64,000 bases of DNA from Eledone cirrhosa (Eukaryota): contig OZ024748.1 of assembly GCA_964016885.1 (NCBI GenBank), forward strand, positions 46,438,001 to 46,502,000, in the 5' to 3' direction. The notes under the pieces are model-generated. The model had not been told where the DNA came from. It saw nothing but the letters and a program-made list of their open reading frames with translations, and made no database searches. Positions 54,899-64,000 of the stretch are shown one piece after another; position 1 is the stretch's first letter; every line of letters starts with the position of its first letter. The translations under genes were made by a program, and so were the position numbers.

Positions 54899-55038
54899 CA
54901 TAATCCCAGAATATATATTAGTCGTTATTGTATGTTCAGAAGATAATGGAGTTGAGGGAGGTTTTTGTCTAAAGTTTTCAATGTATTGGAGATATAGGGT
55001 CTAATGAAGAGCGGGATGACACGTATTAGCTACGTCTG

Positions 55039-55202
<164 letters not shown>

Positions 55203-55353
55203 CATACACACGCATATATATATATGTATACATATATGCATATACATATATAAATATGTACATATATGCATACACATAAACATATAGATATAAATATATA
55301 CATATATATATAAATATATGTATATGTATATACATATATATGCATATAAATAA

Positions 55354-55419
<66 letters not shown>

Positions 55420-55479
55420 ATAGATATATATATATACATATACATATACATATACATATATATATACATATACATATAC

Positions 55480-55553
<74 letters not shown>

Positions 55554-55649
55554 ATTTACATATACATATATATATGTATATACATATATAAATATATACA
55601 TATACATATTTATATATATACATATACATATAAACATATATACATATAC

Positions 55650-55694
<45 letters not shown>

Positions 55695-55765
55695 AATATA
55701 TACATATACATATAAATATATACATATACATATAAATATATACATATACATATAAATATATACAT

Positions 55766-57130
55766 ATATCAACTAGAAATAGATTGACATATATATATAT
55801 AATAAATACATGGAACAATCACAGGGAATAATTTGTAAATATGTAAGCACACATAGCTAGGTAGGTAACCAATTGAAGTTTAACTAGAACTTCAAATATA
55901 GATACCTTTTAAAATGATTAATCTCCTTTGTATATATTTCTTTAAATAAAAAATATATTTCACCAATTAATCAGTAAGTCACAGTAGTCAAATCTGGATG
56001 TTCACCAAAGGAGAAGATACAACTATCTGCGTTTACAAAGCAAATGCAAATCTGTGAATGACTCGAACCACGTGTTGCATTTTTAAAAAATACACACATC
56101 GCACAGCGTTATCCCAGTGGCGTGAATAGGATTATCGACAGCTAGAAATAGCAGCTGAGTCCATTCAACTGATTTAGCTCTACAATTAAGGGGCCGTATA
56201 TATATCCAAAATTAAATTAAGGGTTGTGATGTCTGAGAGACATGCCCCATATACACTGCAGAATAAGCTCACAGATTCCAATGAATAGATCCGAGCATTT
56301 CATATCAACTAGAAATAGATTGACATATATATATATATATAAAATAAACATATGGAACAATCACAGGTATCTATATTTGAAGTTCTAGTTAAACTTTAAT
56401 TGGTTACCTACCTTGCTATGTGTGCTTACATTCTTTACAAATTATTCCCTGTGATTGTTCCATATGTTTATTTTATATATATATATGTCGATCTATTTCT
56501 AGTTGATATGAAATGCTCGGATCTATTCATTGGAATCTATGAGCTTATTCTGCAGCGGATATGGCGCATGTCTCTCAGACATGACAACCCTTAATTTAAA
56601 TTTGGATATATATACGGCCCGTTAATTGTAGAGCTAACTCAGTTGAATGGACTCGGCTGCTATTTCTAGCTGTTGGTAATCCTATTTACGCCACAGGACG
56701 GACGCTGTGCGATGTGTGTATTTTTTAAAAATGCAACACGTGGTTCGAGTCATTCACAGATTTGCATTTGCTTTGTAAATGCAGATAGTTATATCTTCTC
56801 CTTTGGTGAACATCCAGGATTTGACTATTGTGACTTTCTGATTAATTGGTGAAATATATTTTTTATTTAAAGAAATATATACAAAGGAGATTAATCATTT
56901 TAAAAGGTATCTATATTTGAAGTTCTAGTTAAACTTCAATTGGCTACCTACCTTGCTATGTGTGCTTACATACTTTACAAATTATTCCCTGTGATTGTTC
57001 CATATATTTATTTTATATATATATATGTCAATCTATTTCTAGTTGATATGAAATGCTCGGCCCTATTCATTGGAATAATCGAGCTTATTCTGCAGTGGAT
57101 ATGGCGCATGTCTCTCAGACATGACACCCA
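55766..57130. repeat. 540-bp unit in tandem and inverted arrangement
   Basis: 56366-56590 recurs at 56906-57130; 55766-56368 is the reverse complement of a permuted unit. Confidence 0.85.
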
Positions 57131-57207
57131 TAGTGTCTGCATATCTGTTCGCATGCCAACATAAGAGCAAGAATGAAGTGTTCATTCTACTGACATGGCT
57201 ATAAAAT

Positions 57208-57264
<57 letters not shown>

Positions 57265-57273
57265 TGATTACAT

Positions 57274-58116
57274 AACAGTTAGTTCACCATACCGAGAACA
57301 ATTGTTTCACCTTAGCCGATCCTCAGCTCGTAATGGAATGGTTATACGGAACAGGAAGGACAACCGTACGAACGCGCATGCGTAGAAACGATCACTTCAC
57401 ACAGGCAATACTAAAATGCGTGCGAGAGGTGTAAAGGAGATAACTGCGAAAGGCCGAAAAGTTTCTAGTTGATAAGAAAGTTAGGATGTTGTTGTAATTC
57501 AATCCGGAGCTTTGTAATTACGTAAGAGGTGTTTCGAGACGTATGGACAACGTGCGAAGAATTCATTTCTCGTGTTTAGGCAATCGCTATTGCATAATCT
57601 CTTTAGAATATTTATTCCTTCATCAATACATAGTCCACACGACGGATTTCCCCCTGTGTATGGCTTGGACTTAGTAATGGCTTTCCATTGAATGGAGTAG
57701 TCTATACTTGAGTCCTTGAGGGACCATACGTGGCTCGCGAGTTTCATGGATGAACGTCTGTCCGGGTACCTAAAGGTCGACTGGTGGTTCAGGAAGCGTT
57801 CCTTAAATCAGCTCTCCGCCATACCTACAAGGATTTGACCTCCTGTGGTAGATTTGGTCTTCGCTGTTATCTCTTTTATACCTCTCGCACGCATTTCTGT
57901 ATTGCCTGTGTGAAGTGATCGTTTCTATGCATGCGCGTTCGTACGGTTGTCCTTCCTGTTCCGTATAACCATGCCCATTACGAGCTGAGGATAGACTAAG
58001 GTGAAACAATTGTTCTCGGTATGGTGAACTAACTGTTGTGTAACAACTTCTACCAAACTCGTCCCATGGAGTGAGTGCTCTACCACTACGGATATTACCT
58101 TCCAGTGTTCTACCAC
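57274..58116 (-). mobile_element. Penelope-like element remnant: GIY-YIG C-terminus with inverted terminal repeats and HHRs (57293-57330 -, 57981-58018 +)
   Basis: LVGMAES*FKERFLNH..LASHVWSLK..YSIQWK..KPY..CGLCIDE..LNTRNEF..C; CGAG-CTGAGGA..GAA-ACAATTGT-T^CTCG. Confidence 0.88.
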
Positions 58117-58149
<33 letters not shown>

Positions 58150-58161
58150 ATATATATATAT

Positions 58162-58218
<57 letters not shown>

Positions 58219-58403
58219 GGGGTGGGTGCGTCTGTATTATATGAATGTTGGTGGTTTATAGACAGCTGCATTATACAAATGCTTGATGTCTAACAGACAT
58301 ACATCTGTATTTTATACATATACCAAGATACGAATTGCCAGAGTCTTTAAAAGTACTTCATGGTTTTCATTCCAACTCTGTACTCTCTCCATCCAAATCA
58401 CGT

Positions 58404-58500
58404 TGTCAACTTTGCCTTTCATCCTTACGGGGTTGATAAAATAAAGTACCAGTAATGCACTGGTTAATTGCTGGTCTTGTACCAAAAATAGAAACAATTA
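58404..58500 (+). mobile_element. SINE family 1 3' fragment
   Basis: Body and tail match. Confidence 0.8.
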
Positions 58501-60171
<1,671 letters not shown>

Positions 60172-60172
60172 T

Positions 60173-60209
<37 letters not shown>

Positions 60210-61116
60210 TGGGGGATTCTAGACATATCTATTATATGATTGATAATATATAGGCATGCATCGGATTAAAACCTAACTTCTTTCGTTACAGCCAGAAGAA
60301 ATTTTGGGCGTTAGCGTCCATTCACTAAATTTGAATATCTGTCAGCGGATTTATTTACAACCTTTCCAACTGCACTTTCACACCGCACCTCGCTTTCCGC
60401 CCTTGTCATATTGCATAGGCTCCTTCAGACAATATTTGATTGTATATGTATGCAATATATGTGTGTGTCTGTGCATATATACATATATATATATATATGT
60501 TTGTGCAGATATATATATATATTTATAAGAAGTATATGAATAATTGATAATTTATAGACATACACCCGAACAAAATGTAACCGAAAACAAAATTTGTGGC
60601 GTTGGCGATTATTCGTTTAATTTGATGATTTGAGCGCTGTCAACATATACGGTAACACGTGAAAACGCTCGCTTGAGATAAGGCCAAATGTATGCAAAGA
60701 GGATAAAAACAAACGAAAACAACCCCAAAAAAACAAACAAAAAAATCTACAACGGCAAAAAAAAAAAAAAATAACAGGAAGCTAATTTGCTTTATAAATT
60801 TGCCGAATATTTCCCTACCTGTCTGGAAAAATTCTTAATAAAAATAATGTGATTAAATGTAAAGTTAGTGAGGATATTAAGAATACTATTACCCTGTTTT
60901 AAGTAACAGTAATACAAACATCACTAATAATAGCCTCCGACGCTCTACCAATACTGCCAATCCACCGATGAAAATGAAAATAATAATAGGAAAAAAATAA
61001 GTATTGTAAATATTTTCGACGTAAGCAGTAATGGTGGGTTATTCGTTTCCATATATAAGTATGTAATTGCAAGTCTGGACACATGCGCACGTACATATAA
61101 AAATATATAGAATATG

Positions 61117-61151
<35 letters not shown>

Positions 61152-61157
61152 TAGATA

Positions 61158-61361
61158 AGGTGTGGTAAAAACCAGGTAGACCATAACCCACCAGAGTACT
61201 CGATACTTTGGGTAGTAGAGTGGATACTATGAAAAGATTCAGGACCTCGATGGCTAAGATCTGACTGTTTCGACACCTAGATCCGAACTCAAAGCGCTTC
61301 AGTTAGGATCTAGCAGTCGAAATGGCCGGAGCTTAGCTGTCAGGGTCCTGAATCTTTTCCT
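61158..61361. mobile_element. Family A element, diverged
   Basis: Homologous to 49463-49690. Confidence 0.7.
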
Positions 61362-61539
61362 ATATTTATATATATATAATTGGAAAATCTGCTTCGTAGA
61401 ATCAAGACGTATCTGAGGACCATTTTCAGAGTCAGGTTCGATCATCACATCGATCGTGTCTCGAGCTGGTCGCCAGAGAAACGATTGTGATATGTCCAAT
61501 AAATTCCATTCGTCGCAACACTGATTCTCTTTTTTTTCT

Positions 61540-61580
<41 letters not shown>

Positions 61581-61585
<5 letters not shown>

Positions 61586-61975
61586 GAATTCCAACTTTGT
61601 CTGATTTACTCGTTTTATTTACAATCCTTTAAAATTATAATGATATTAGAATGAAATAGTATGGTAGAATATTAAATATTAAATGTTAATTGAACAAATA
61701 CTTTCATACTTTCGCAATGTTCAGGTTCATATTCAGTGGTGACAGTCAAGTTTGCAATTTTGACTGTCACCACTGAATATGAACCTGAAGATTGCGAAAG
61801 CATGAAAGTATTTGTTCAATTAACACTTAACATTTAATATTCTACCATACTATTTCATTCTAATATCATTATAATTTTAATGGATTGTAAATAAAACGAG
61901 TAAATTAGACAAAGTTGGAATTCCTTTTATTAATATAATCTTCTATACACAATCATACACACCCGTGTATATTTA
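61581..61975. ncRNA. Second copy of the 21812 palindrome, with HHR at 61780-61818 (+)
   Basis: TGAAC-CTGAAGA-TTGCGAAAGCAT-GAA-AGTATT-T-GTTCA. Confidence 0.82.
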
Positions 61976-61991
61976 CATATATATATATATC

Positions 61992-62025
<34 letters not shown>

Positions 62026-62199
62026 ACTGAATATAAAGTTAGGTTGTACTTAACATTCGCATCCTGACGTATATCATGTGTGTAGTGTTGAGGCGTACAC
62101 TCAACTCTCCATTTGGATACATTGTCGGTCTGTAATATAGAAAAGGTGTTATATAGTTTATGTTTAGAAGTCGAAATTTCCTCTGTTTTTTTAAAATAA

Positions 62200-62530
62200 A
62201 AAAATACATTCATTTGCGTAAAAGATTTTCAAGGTTTCAGTAAAAATGTTTTGAGGTATTTTATTGCTGTTATTGAATCTAGTTTTACCTAGAGTCTCTT
62301 ATTGTAACCTATGTCAGATCTTTTTGCTTTTTAAAATCCAGTTATTGACTGAAAGTTAAGTAAAATTCCTTTTTAAAGATGTCGAATGAATTAAAGTGCA
62401 TGTATGAACGCTGCTTGAATCTATTGGATGTTAACCCTATGTAAGTCTTACTATGTATGATTTGATAGGCATTTCATCGTTTAAGAGATTAGTCCCTATT
62501 ATTTCAATTGCAATTAGAAATTAGTTCAGG
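62200..62530 (-). pseudogene. Decayed PLE GIY-YIG endonuclease fragment
   Basis: Hand translation KTYIGLTSNRFKQRSYMHFNSF, preceded by a CN*..NDECL-like Cys motif; many stops. Confidence 0.7.
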
Positions 62531-62902
62531 TTTGTTTATAATACTATAGTTAAATAAATTAGCTGAGTTAGATGGAGTAATGTTGTCTTCGACGTTGAGA
62601 GTTGTAGAATAGGATATTACAAAAATGATCCTATTGAATATCTTATATTTAGCGGAAATATACGAAGGTGAGGTCTCTTCATTGAATCAACACTACCAAA
62701 AGGAATCCTGGACATACATCACTATGTCGGAGATTCGGTTATCTTAATCATGAAACGCCCCCTCTTTGGTCAGTCTCCTATCTCCCTTCCTCTACTTAAA
62801 AATTTCTGGTTCACCTCCACCGGCAAAGGGTGAAAATGGTGGTACGCCGCGCCAACGAAACGTACGTTCTTGGTGTGGCTCCGTTGTATTAACTTGCCTT
62901 AA

Positions 62903-62979
<77 letters not shown>

Positions 62980-62985
<6 letters not shown>

Positions 62986-63270
62986 ATACTTGGGGAGGGT
63001 CATATTTGCGTAATATTGCCAGAATTAATAACAGAACACACTCACTGTTTGGTTGGTTTTCGCTTCTCGCTGTCTTTTATTATATCTGCGATCTAACTTA
63101 CTCGGTCCTCAATGTTGCCATTGACTGACCGGCGGTCAAAAATAATACAGATACAATATAGACACAAACACATATATATATATATAGTTTACATAATTTA
63201 CATAAATCTTTCGTTGCACATCTGCAACATCGTCAGTGGTGTTATATTCATTGTTCCTCCTGTTGTGTTG
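62980..63270 (-). mobile_element. Solo PLE terminal repeat with HHR at 63201-63238
   Basis: CA-CTGACGA-T-GTTGCA/TGCAAC-GAA-AGATTT-A^TG; 3' end like 21735 and 28925. Confidence 0.75.
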
Positions 63271-63380
63271 TATGCCTACGCCATTTTTTATTCAGTCTGA
63301 ATAAGTATAACAAGTATAACAATATCTGTTTCGACACACGATTTCATATAAAAATACCTCGCAAAACTAATTCATCGCCG

Positions 63381-63936
<556 letters not shown>

Positions 63937-64000
63937 AAAAGGTAAACAGAAATAACAACACAATCCGTACAGTATATGGAAGGTATATATTAGGTTAACG

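Overview
AT-rich, microsatellite-dense eukaryotic intergenic/intronic DNA. The repeat families suggest a cephalopod, probably an octopus (inference). I found no credible host protein-coding exon, rRNA, true tRNA or CRISPR array; almost all ORF-track entries are translated microsatellites. The window is a mosaic of: about 19 copies of a tRNA-derived SINE, many with TSDs; a second SINE family; two R4/Dong-type RLE LINE remnants; a young 5'-truncated RTE LINE plus fragments; at least five Penelope-like element (PLE) GIY-YIG remnants; many short inverted-repeat PLE terminal units in (TA)n carrying type I hammerhead ribozyme (HHR) motifs; mariner, Tc1 and piggyBac MITEs; non-autonomous Helitrons; and a 1.8-kb 12-bp satellite. 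The main result is a ~100-nt motif present six times (13024, 22988, 23283, 47569, 49761, 53020). It has all hammerhead core nucleotides in a non-circularly permuted order (NUH, then GAAA, then CUGAUGA), held by six predicted helices, several covarying between copies, with a box C/D-type kink-turn in stem III. All structures were folded by eye and no ribozyme activity is demonstrated.
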